Shown here: in pieces, positions 43,902 through 51,413 of the stretch
How positions within the stretch are numbered: the stretch's first letter is position 1
How the letters are laid out: every line of letters begins with the position of its first letter
NCBI GenBank assembly: GCA_964578865.1
Contig: CAZOES010000004.1
Location: 12,362 to 76,361 of the forward strand
Direction of reading: 5' to 3'
Length of the DNA: 64,000 nt
DNA from: an uncultured Gemmatimonadaceae bacterium
GTDB taxonomy: Bacteria > Gemmatimonadota > Gemmatimonadetes > Gemmatimonadales > GWC2-71-9
Program-made: the position numbers and the translations under genes
Notes under the pieces: generated by a model
Databases searched by the model: none
What the model saw: the letters and a program-made list of their open reading frames with translations, nothing else
What the model was told of the DNA's origin: nothing

Positions 43902-44641
43902 AGGGCCAGCAGGTCCTCATCTGGTCGCTGATACAGCCCGCCGTAGTTGCCGTCCGGGATGTAGGCCTTCATCGCCACCGGATTGAGCAGCCGGACCTTG
44001 TCGATGTCGACCATCGGCTTCTGGTTTTTCGGGAGCTCGACGCCCGGCAACCTGGTCCAGGGGAAGTTCTCCATCCATGACCCATGGGATGCGACCGGAT
44101 CAATGGCCTGAACCTTGGCCCAGGTTCGGGGCGCGTTCCACCAGTTGTGCCAGAGGACCTTACAGCCGGGATTGTCGGCGGCCCATTCCTGGGCGAACTG
44201 CTGGGCCGCGCCGTTCCCCCCGTGCCCGTTGCAGAGCATGATCCGGCGAAAGCCGCTGTGGGCCATCCCGTCCAGGATGTCCCGGACCACCGCCAGGTGG
44301 GTCTCGACCCGAAGCGAGATCGAACCGGGGTATTCGCGGAAATAGGGGGTGACGCCGTAGGAGAAGACCGGAAAGACCGGAATCCCCAGCGGTTCGGCCG
44401 CTTCGACTGCCACCCGCTCGGGGAGGATGCAGTCGACCGTCAGTCGGAGGTAGCTGTGCTGCTCGGTGCTGCCCAGGGGCAGCACCGCCCGGTCGTCGCG
44501 TTTGAGGTACGCGTCGACCTGCATCCAGTTCATGTTACTGATGTGCATGCGGCCGTCATGCCAAGGTGGGTACTGGAGAGGATACGCGGCAGCCGCTCCG
44601 GGCGTTAAGGGCTGCCTGCGATCCTCATTGGGCTCGAACAT
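43838..44641 (-). CDS. creatininase-family amidohydrolase
   Basis: 267 aa. AVLPLGSTEQHSYL and CNGHGGN motifs are typical of the creatinine amidohydrolase / MftE / ArfB family. Confidence 0.85.
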   Translation of the reverse strand: MFEPNEDRRQPLTPGAAAAYPLQYPPWHDGRMHISNMNWMQVDAYLKRDDRAVLPLGSTEQHSYLRLTVDCILPERVAVEAAEPLGIPVFPVFSYGVTPYFREYPGSISLRVETHLAVVRDILDGMAHSGFRRIMLCNGHGGNGAAQQFAQEWAADNPGCKVLWHNWWNAPRTWAKVQAIDPVASHGSWMENFPWTRLPGVELPKNQKPMVDIDKVRLLNPVAMKAYIPDGNYGGLYQRPDEDLLALWQVAVEETRALLDGPWGGPS

Positions 44642-44775
44642 GACACTGGTGTCAAGAGGAGTGAGCGGGCGACCTCGATATCCAGGGTGGTAACTCTGCA
44701 GCGCTGGTGGGGGCGCATCGGTGGATAACCGCAGGCGCCTTCATGTGATGTCGCCCCACCTTGCCCAACTTCTCG

Positions 44776-47031
44776 CTAGAATCTGGTCCCCAAGGTCAAC
44801 TGAACGGTCCTTCCCTGGCCCGGGTTCTCAGCGTTGGTTTTGATCCGGCTGAGGAAGTTGGCGTACGCCTGGTCGAACAGATTGCGCACCGCCAGGTCGA
44901 CCTGGATCGCTCCCGGCCCGGAGCCGATGGTGAACCCGGCACCCGCGTTGGCCAGAGTGTACCCGGTCGATTGATATCCCTTCCCCTCGAACGCCCCGGC
45001 AAAGAACGACGCTTCGGCTGGATCAAGTCGGCCCTGCCGGGCATTAGTCTCACCACCGACCGAGAAGTAGGGATTCCGAATCACCCCTTCACCACCCGGC
45101 TCGATCCGTAATGTGTAAGTGGCGCGGAACGGCGGCATCGACGGTAACGGATTGTCGGTGCTGGTATTGGTGCCGTTCACATAATCAGCGGTACCCTGCA
45201 GATGGAGCCAGCGTGTCGGATGGTACTGCGCCGCACTCTCGAACCCGGCCAGCCGGGCGTTCCCCTGGGTCACATCGTAGATCTGGAAGCCCGAGGCGCT
45301 GTCGACCGACCCGGTCGGTACGGTATAGATGAAATCGGTAATCCAGTTGACGAAGCCCCCGATCTCGATCGCTGCGTTGGTGGTCTGGAGCCGAAGCGCC
45401 AGGTCGGTATTGAGCGATTTCTCGGTCTTGAGGTTGGGGTCGCCCCGCTCGAATGCGACCGTTCCCTCGTGTACTCCGTTAGAAAAGAGATCGAAACTCG
45501 AAGGAGCCCGGAACCCCCGACCGACATTGAGCACCAGCGCCACCGGCTCGGCCAGCTTGTAGAGAAAGCCGAGATTGCCGGTTACCGAATTCCAGCTCCG
45601 AGTCTGAGCCGCGACCGACAGGTCGCTATCGGCGCTGACATCCATGTGGCGATAGTCGTACCGGGCCCCGAACGAAAGGTCCCATTTTCCGCCGTGGACC
45701 TGCTCGAATCCGTAGAGCCCCACCGCATTCACGCCGGTGTTGGGAATCAGCGTCTCCTCGCCGAACTTGTCGAACGTGGTGCGGATCCCGCTGAGTCCGA
45801 ACACACCGGACAGGTTACCGATCGGTGCGTGATGGAAATGGGCGTCGAGGCTGTAATTCCTCGACAGCAGACCCAACGCTACGTTGTCGCTTCCGGCTTC
45901 CTCGAACTCCCGGCGGCGGTTCTGCTCGAATCCGCCCGTCAGCTCCAGCCGGGAAGCACCCAGCGGGATCATCCCGTCGATTCTGGCCCGGCTGGTGGCA
46001 ATCCGCTGAAAGGGGGTGGCATCGGGCGCTTCATCGGTCAGCTCGATTTTCTCATCCCGTTGAGTGAAGCTGCCGGTGAGGCTGCCCCAGCTGCCCCGAG
46101 CGCCGGCGGCCAGACTTCCACCCAGTGCTTGGTTGCCGCTGTTCCAGAGTTGGTAGTCCGGAGTTCGCAGATCTTCGCTGGTCCGTCCGCTCAGAGTACC
46201 GCGAAATCCGAATTGCCCGGTAGCGCCTTCGAGGAGCAGCGCCCCGTCAGGCTCACGGTTGTTGGTGCTGTACGAGGCCGACGCTTCGCCGCCGAACAGA
46301 CTCTTCCCCGGCTCCGCTGTGGGAAGCGGCTGGGGGATTACGTTCACTACTCCTCCCAATGCATCCGACCCGTACAGCACGCTGGCCGGTCCCCGAATCA
46401 CCTCGATCCGGTCGGCCAGCGCGGTCTCCAGGTTGGGACCGTGCTCATCACCCCACTGCTGGGTCTCCAGCCGCTGCCCATCGTCCAGGATCAGCACCCG
46501 GTTGGAGGTGAGGCCGCGAATCACCGGTTTTCCGATTCCCACCCCGGTGCTCAAACTGTGGACTCCGGCAACCTGATTGAGGGTCTCACCCAGACTGGGT
46601 GATTGGGCCGAGCGGAGATTGGTCCCATCGACCACTGCGGTCGGCTGGGGCGAGGTCAGCGGATCGGTTGCGCCGGGAGTGGAGGTGACCTGAATCGGCG
46701 GCAGTTCTACCAGCGAAGGCTTGAGCCCAAAGTCGAGCGTGATTTCCTGATTCCCCAGCTGAACTCGGCGGGCCTGCGGGGCAAAGCCAATCGATGAGAC
46801 TGAGATCAGATAATTGCCGGTCGGGAGGCCGGCGATCCGGTACTTCCCTTCCGGGTCGGTGGTGACGGTTCGTCCGGCTTCAACCACGGTGACCCGGGCC
46901 TCAGTCAATGCCGAACCGTCCGCGGTACTGGTAATCCGGCCACTCAAGGCCGGGGCTGTGCCTGAATCGGGTATTGCGGGTGAACTCATCGGGCCGGTTG
47001 CGAGCAACGCGCCGAGCAAATGCGCCAACAT
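44776..47031 (-). CDS. TonB-dependent outer-membrane receptor with carboxypeptidase-regulatory-like N-terminal domain
   Basis: The ORF track start is 47082. The ATG at 47031 has a strong SD (GGAGGATTCCCGATG). CarboxypepD_reg-like LSGRITSTADGSALTEARVTV. Plug motifs KPVIRGLTSNRVLILDDG and IEVIRGPASVLYGSDALGGVVNV. C-terminal ...LTLGTRF. Confidence 0.88.
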   Translation of the reverse strand: MLAHLLGALLATGPMSSPAIPDSGTAPALSGRITSTADGSALTEARVTVVEAGRTVTTDPEGKYRIAGLPTGNYLISVSSIGFAPQARRVQLGNQEITLDFGLKPSLVELPPIQVTSTPGATDPLTSPQPTAVVDGTNLRSAQSPSLGETLNQVAGVHSLSTGVGIGKPVIRGLTSNRVLILDDGQRLETQQWGDEHGPNLETALADRIEVIRGPASVLYGSDALGGVVNVIPQPLPTAEPGKSLFGGEASASYSTNNREPDGALLLEGATGQFGFRGTLSGRTSEDLRTPDYQLWNSGNQALGGSLAAGARGSWGSLTGSFTQRDEKIELTDEAPDATPFQRIATSRARIDGMIPLGASRLELTGGFEQNRRREFEEAGSDNVALGLLSRNYSLDAHFHHAPIGNLSGVFGLSGIRTTFDKFGEETLIPNTGVNAVGLYGFEQVHGGKWDLSFGARYDYRHMDVSADSDLSVAAQTRSWNSVTGNLGFLYKLAEPVALVLNVGRGFRAPSSFDLFSNGVHEGTVAFERGDPNLKTEKSLNTDLALRLQTTNAAIEIGGFVNWITDFIYTVPTGSVDSASGFQIYDVTQGNARLAGFESAAQYHPTRWLHLQGTADYVNGTNTSTDNPLPSMPPFRATYTLRIEPGGEGVIRNPYFSVGGETNARQGRLDPAEASFFAGAFEGKGYQSTGYTLANAGAGFTIGSGPGAIQVDLAVRNLFDQAYANFLSRIKTNAENPGQGRTVQLTLGTRF

Positions 47032-47112
47032 CGGGAATCCTCCAAGACAGACGGACCACCGAGTCGCATGGCTCGGCGGCAAACGAGAATCGAGGTCTGG
47101 TTGTGGGAACGC

Positions 47113-47457
47113 TCAGAGGAGCGTCGGAGGAGCCCGGCTCTGGTAGGAAAGGTCGAGACGCTGAGGGACGAACTGAACCACGACCGAAAGAATCGCGGCG
47201 TGGGTAATTGCCGAGGCAACCAGTACGGAGCCTTTGCCCGGCGCCAGATCGCGGAGATCGGCCAACAGGCGGCCAAGCACACAGTGCTCGCTGTGATCGG
47301 CGCAACCACCACGGCCTTCGAGGTGAACTCGACCCCGGACCGGCCCATTCTCGATCCGGTGATCCAGCAGGACATCCGCCTCCGGCAAGCCGAAGCTCCC
47401 CGCGACGAATATCGTCGCGAGGAAAATCGCCTGCAGCCGGAGGAGGAATTGCTTCAT
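47113..47457 (-). CDS. small exported Cys/His protein (DUF2946-like, inferred), paralog B
   Basis: 114 aa. Signal MKQFLLRLQAIFLATIFVAGSFG. Motifs GLPEADVLLDH and CADHSEHCVLG. C-terminal SRAPPTLL. It lies between the ZnuB-like gene and the TonB receptor. Confidence 0.6.
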   Translation of the reverse strand: MKQFLLRLQAIFLATIFVAGSFGLPEADVLLDHRIENGPVRGRVHLEGRGGCADHSEHCVLGRLLADLRDLAPGKGSVLVASAITHAAILSVVVQFVPQRLDLSYQSRAPPTLL

Positions 47458-47460
47458 GGG

Positions 47461-48300
47461 TCAGGCCGGAGCCGGATTCAAGGCGAAGCGGCGCACGGCC
47501 CACGCCAGCAGCAGCGCGATACCGAATACGCAGACCACCACGGGGCCGGTCGGCAGATCGTATTTGAAGCTGATGGTGATCCCCAGTGCCGAGACGATCA
47601 CCCCGGCGATCCACGAGATTATTGCCAGATAGCCGTGACGCCGGGTGAACTGGAAGGCGATGGCCGCGGGGACCACCAGGAACGAGAACACCAGCAACAC
47701 CCCCACGATCGGCACCGAGAAGGTGATCACGATGCCGAACGAGAGATAGAACCAGAAGTCCCACAGCCGGATCTTCCACCCTTCGCGCTCGGCCTTCTCG
47801 GGCTCGAAGGAGATGGTGAGGAATTTTCGGCGCAGAATCCAATGGAAGAGCCCCACCACCAGGTAGACCGCCGCCAGGCGCCCGATCGCCGGCCACCCGA
47901 CCCAGAGCAGGCTTCCCACCAGGATGTCCTTGATCGCTTCGCCACCCCGGGGGGACTTGTCGGCCACCAGCAGGCCGGCCGCCGATGCCACCACGTACAC
48001 GATGCCGATGATGGCCTCCTGCGGTACCCGGCCCTCACCGTGTTTGGATCGGGTCAGTGCGAACATCGCCGCGCCCGCCGTAGTGAATCCCAGGGCGTAG
48101 GCGAACGACCGGGCTGAATCGGGCTCGGCCCCGAGAAAAATGGCGATGGTCGAACCGAGCGCGGCTACCTGAGCCAGCGAGAGATCGACAAAAATCACTT
48201 CCCGGGCGATGACGTGCACGCCGAGATAGGAGTGAATGGCCACGATCGCCATGCAGGCGACCAGCGGGGCCAACCACAGGCTGTGGACCAATGCGTCCAT
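47461..48300 (-). CDS. metal ABC transporter permease (ABC-3 / ZnuB-TroCD family)
   Basis: The ORF track start is 48609. The ATG at 48300 shares one base with the upstream TGA (TGATG) and gives MDALVHSLWLAPLVACMAIVAIHSYLGVHVIAREVIFVDLSLAQVAALG, typical of ZnuB-type permeases. Confidence 0.88.
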   Translation of the reverse strand: MDALVHSLWLAPLVACMAIVAIHSYLGVHVIAREVIFVDLSLAQVAALGSTIAIFLGAEPDSARSFAYALGFTTAGAAMFALTRSKHGEGRVPQEAIIGIVYVVASAAGLLVADKSPRGGEAIKDILVGSLLWVGWPAIGRLAAVYLVVGLFHWILRRKFLTISFEPEKAEREGWKIRLWDFWFYLSFGIVITFSVPIVGVLLVFSFLVVPAAIAFQFTRRHGYLAIISWIAGVIVSALGITISFKYDLPTGPVVVCVFGIALLLAWAVRRFALNPAPA

Positions 48301-49328
48301 CAGGAAGCTCCCTTGCGGAATCCAGCGACGAGGCCGTTGATCCAGGTATTCATGAGATCGAAGTAGGTGTCGACTCCCGGTGCGCCGGCGGTGTTCTCCG
48401 GGACGACGACCGGCGTGGCTCCGGTCTTTTCTGCTACCTGCTGGATCTGGTTCCGGTTGAAATAGTTCGAGGCAAACAACACCGGGATATGCCGCTCCTT
48501 CATCAGCGCGATCACTTCCTCCACGTGCTTGGGGGTCGGCGGGATTCCCGGTTTGGCCTCGATATAGGAGGCGCAGCTCACCTGGAACCGATGACTGAAG
48601 TAAGCCCACTCCTTGTGGTAGCAGGACATCTCCTTGCCCCGGAAGATCTCGCCTGCCTTGAGCCAGCCGCCCAGCTTATCCATGAGCGGCTTGCCTTGAA
48701 GTTTGTTGCTGCCGAGGAAGTCGAAGAGCTTGTCGCTCTTGAGAAGATTGAACGCGGCGGCGGGAGTCAGGATATTCACCAGCTCCGCACCCATGGTGGC
48801 CTCCAATACCCGCTTCTCGAAATCGGCCTCGCGAGCGGTGAAGTAGGCGGCGTCGTTAGGAGCCACCCGGCTCAACCCGGTCAGAATATTCCGGGCAATG
48901 ATGATCGCGTTGAGCGGATCGGTGTGGATGTGGGGATTCCCGTCGGCGTGGATATCGCCCTCGGACCGGTTGAGCGAGGTCGGCACCTCGAGCAGGGTGA
49001 TCCCGGTGTAGGCCGTCACATAGCCCGGCCCGCCTTCGCTCACTTTACGGTTGCTGGCGCGGTCGAGCAGGGCCGGAACCCAGAGCTCGAGGTCGAGGCC
49101 GGTAGTGACGAACACATCGGCGTCCCGCAGCACCGCCACGAAGCTGGGCTTGGGTTGGACGAAGTGGGGATCCTCATCGCCCTGGGCGATCGAGGTGACC
49201 ACCCCCCGCTCTCCGGCGATTTCCCGGGCGATGGCGCCGTAGGTGGTGAGGCTGGTGACGATCTTGACCTGGTCGGCGGCGGGCTTGGGTGCCGGGCCGG
49301 AGAGCAGGGTGAGAAGAGTTAAAATCAT
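48300..49328 (-). CDS. metal ABC transporter substrate-binding protein (ZnuA/TroA cluster A-I family)
   Basis: 342 aa. KIVTSLTTYGAIAREI, GDEDPHFVQPKPS and DGNPHIHTDPLNA (metal-ligand His motifs). No long His-rich loop. Confidence 0.85.
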   Translation of the reverse strand: MILTLLTLLSGPAPKPAADQVKIVTSLTTYGAIAREIAGERGVVTSIAQGDEDPHFVQPKPSFVAVLRDADVFVTTGLDLELWVPALLDRASNRKVSEGGPGYVTAYTGITLLEVPTSLNRSEGDIHADGNPHIHTDPLNAIIIARNILTGLSRVAPNDAAYFTAREADFEKRVLEATMGAELVNILTPAAAFNLLKSDKLFDFLGSNKLQGKPLMDKLGGWLKAGEIFRGKEMSCYHKEWAYFSHRFQVSCASYIEAKPGIPPTPKHVEEVIALMKERHIPVLFASNYFNRNQIQQVAEKTGATPVVVPENTAGAPGVDTYFDLMNTWINGLVAGFRKGAS

Positions 49329-49353
49329 CGGGTGTGCTCGTTGATGGAGAAAT

Positions 49354-49443
49354 ACGTCATCCCGAGAGAGCGACAGCGAACGAGGGAGCTACCCACCAGT
49401 ACGGTGGAGGAGGTCCCTTGCGCGGACGCGCTCGGGATGACGT
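49354..49443. repeat. intergenic palindromic repeat, family A (GTCATCCCGAG ... CTCGGGATGAC)
   Basis: Perfect 13-bp terminal inverted repeat ACGTCATCCCGAG (49354-49366) / CTCGGGATGACGT (49431-49443). It encloses imperfect inner stems (CGAGGGAGCT.., CCACCAGTACGGTGG). Same termini and inner CGAACGA..CGAGGGA words as 60489-60576. Confidence 0.7.
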
Positions 49444-49466
49444 AGGTGTGATTGCGAGCGAACATC

Positions 49467-50822
49467 TCAGTACGTCTCATGCTTGTGCGGCCCCATGGCG
49501 AACACCGCCTGGAGCAGCAACCGATTGTCATTCCCGCCGCCGTCGATGTGATGGTGCCGGCCTTCGAGACGGAGATAGACGAATTCACTCTCCCACCAGG
49601 TGATGGTGGGAGAGACCTGCCACTCGGAGACCTTCGCTCCCCGAGCCGATTCGACGTAGTCGTAACGGGTGCCGAAGATCCAGCGCTGGCTGGTCTGCAA
49701 TACCAGATCTGCGAACATGCCGTAGCGGGTGGTCTGGTCGTTCAGCTCATCGCCCCGGAAGCGATACCCTTCGGCCCGGAAGGTGAGATTCTTTCGGGTC
49801 CCGGCATTGGGCGGCCGCCAGGTGAGCCTCAGGTCTGCACCCAGCACCCTGCCCTGCAGGGTGTCGCCGTGATTCCCGCCCAGGGCGGTAAATCCGATCT
49901 GGCCATAAGTGCTCCGCGAGAGCTGCCAGAAGTTCTGCACTCGACCGAGCAGGGTTCCATGCCGGCCGTTGCCGTAGAGCGGCTCGCTCTCCGCGCTGGT
50001 GCCCTGAACCCAGACTTCGTGAGTCCCACCGAAGAGCGACACCGGAAGGGTGGTGTAGAGCGAAAGACCGGCCCCGGCCAGTCCGTCGGTTCCCAGATAG
50101 CGCTGGTACACCAGGGGATACTCTGACTCGGGCAACGCGTGAGTGTGCCACCGGTTGAGATCACCGACCTGCTCCCGGATCTGGCCCAGGTCGGCCCGGA
50201 TCTTGGCCGGCAATCCGGTATACCAGATGTATCCCTCCTCCACCTCGACCTCATCCGGGGTGAAGCTCAGGATGATTTTCGCGTTGGAGTAAGGGTCGAG
50301 AGTCGACTGCAGGGCGACTTCGAATTCGCTGGCATCGCCGGAGAGACCGTGATGCTCCCGGCCGATCAATCGGATATCACCGGTGGCACTGATCTCGGGA
50401 TTGAGCGCCGATCCGCTCCGTTGCCGGCCGACGAACTCGGTGCGTTCGGGCTTGGCGAGGGAGTCAGGCTTCTGGGCCTGCGCCGGCCCGCCCGCTGCGG
50501 CGGCCGCAGCGGCGCGAAGCGCGGCGAGGTCATCGCTCGCTGAGTCTGCGGCGGCGGGGGGCGCGCCGGGCCCACAACGAGCGGTGATCAATTTTTCCAG
50601 ACGGGCGCTCAGCTGACCCAGGCTCTGGCTCAGCGAGTCCTTGCCTGGTGCCACAATCGCGGGCCCGGCCGGGCACCCGCCCCGCTCCAGAGTGTCCATC
50701 CGGGCCGCCAGCCGCGCCATCGCCGCTTTGACGTCGCCGGCGGGTTGCTGCGCCGATGCCGATGCCACTCCCCCGAGAAGGAGGGCCACCAGCCACACTG
50801 CTGTGCCAGTTTTCTGCCGCAT
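49467..50822 (-). CDS. putative outer-membrane beta-barrel (porin-like) protein with Ala-rich N-terminal extension
   Basis: Signal peptide MRQKTGTAVWLVALLLGGVASASAQQ. An Ala/Leu-rich, coiled-coil-like region of about 120 aa has two Cys. It is followed by alternating-hydrophobicity strands, a His-rich end (RHHHIDGGG...GPHKHETY) and a terminal aromatic residue. No family recognised with confidence. Confidence 0.5.
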   Translation of the reverse strand: MRQKTGTAVWLVALLLGGVASASAQQPAGDVKAAMARLAARMDTLERGGCPAGPAIVAPGKDSLSQSLGQLSARLEKLITARCGPGAPPAAADSASDDLAALRAAAAAAAGGPAQAQKPDSLAKPERTEFVGRQRSGSALNPEISATGDIRLIGREHHGLSGDASEFEVALQSTLDPYSNAKIILSFTPDEVEVEEGYIWYTGLPAKIRADLGQIREQVGDLNRWHTHALPESEYPLVYQRYLGTDGLAGAGLSLYTTLPVSLFGGTHEVWVQGTSAESEPLYGNGRHGTLLGRVQNFWQLSRSTYGQIGFTALGGNHGDTLQGRVLGADLRLTWRPPNAGTRKNLTFRAEGYRFRGDELNDQTTRYGMFADLVLQTSQRWIFGTRYDYVESARGAKVSEWQVSPTITWWESEFVYLRLEGRHHHIDGGGNDNRLLLQAVFAMGPHKHETY

Positions 50823-50903
50823 GATGCTCCCAACGTCCAGGGTGACTCCGGGATGGAATCACCTCATTGCATGAGCCGAGTTGTTAGAGGCTGAAGCTTC
50901 GGG

Positions 50904-51254
50904 TCAGGCGGACGGCGGAGCGCGAGGAAGAGCGAGGGTGTGGTGGAACTGGGTCGAAAGCGGAGTCAGCGCCGGCAATCTGGCTACACCAACCGGTGCC
51001 AGGGACACCGTTGGTGTTGCTGGTACGCAGGGAAGACCGGTGCTGGTGGCCGGGCTGGACCAAACCGCGCAACCAAGGAGGTGTGAGGTACCGGTTTCCT
51101 GCCCGCTGGTGACCCCAACCTCGGTGGAAACCGATCCAGCGCTGGTGGAGTGGAACCAGAGGGCGTCGACGATCGGCAGCCCGAATCCCCCCACCAGGAG
51201 GACCAGGAAGAGAACCAGTGCCTTGGCGCGGAGGCGCCCGGGCGAGCGTGACAT
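50904..51254 (-). CDS. small exported Cys/His protein (DUF2946-like, inferred), paralog C
   Basis: 116 aa. Signal MSRSPGRLRAKALVLFLVLLVGGFG. Motifs GLPIVDALWFH and SHLLGCAVW. C-terminal PRAPPSA. First gene of the 21-kb minus-strand array. Confidence 0.55.
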   Translation of the reverse strand: MSRSPGRLRAKALVLFLVLLVGGFGLPIVDALWFHSTSAGSVSTEVGVTSGQETGTSHLLGCAVWSSPATSTGLPCVPATPTVSLAPVGVARLPALTPLSTQFHHTLALPRAPPSA

Positions 51255-51413
51255 GGCAATGAAGGTATGCAGCGGGTCCGGTCAGGGGTAGGGCGGCCGG
51301 TGTAAGGCTCCATCTCAAGCCAACTTGGCGTTTCACCCCGTTCCAACCCTCCGCCGTCCCTCCCGTCCCTCGCGGTTCCCGGAAGCCGGTTTTGCCGGGT
51401 ACCTTCCTCTTAT

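Noticed and set aside
48291-49322. A 343-aa ORF on the plus strand mirrors almost exactly the ZnuA-like gene on the minus strand. Similar long antisense ORFs occur at 45202-46602, 40730-42346, 47020-48117, 6993-8084, 23071-24222, 24906-25844 and 33264-34217.
   Set aside because: The translations are Arg/Gly/Pro/His-rich and low-complexity, with no recognisable motifs. The opposite-strand products carry clear family signatures. Stop-free antisense frames are expected in DNA with very high third-position GC. I treat them as non-coding shadows.
14811-51371. The tandem repeats at 14811, 21470, 24591 and 51354 (reverse complement) all share a GACGG-like core. This suggested a common protein-binding word.
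   Set aside because: The core is only 5 nt long and GC-rich, so it is expected frequently by chance in this genome. The units differ in length (7 versus 9 nt), strand and context (coding versus intergenic). I cannot test enrichment without counting across the genome.
49329-51413. I searched for AT-rich Zur/Fur/MntR-type palindromic boxes upstream of the ZnuA-like gene, the porin-like gene and paralog C.
   Set aside because: No AT-rich inverted repeat of that type is visible. The only palindromes are the GC-rich REP element and short hairpins. Absence by eye is not proof, so this is recorded as a negative observation only.
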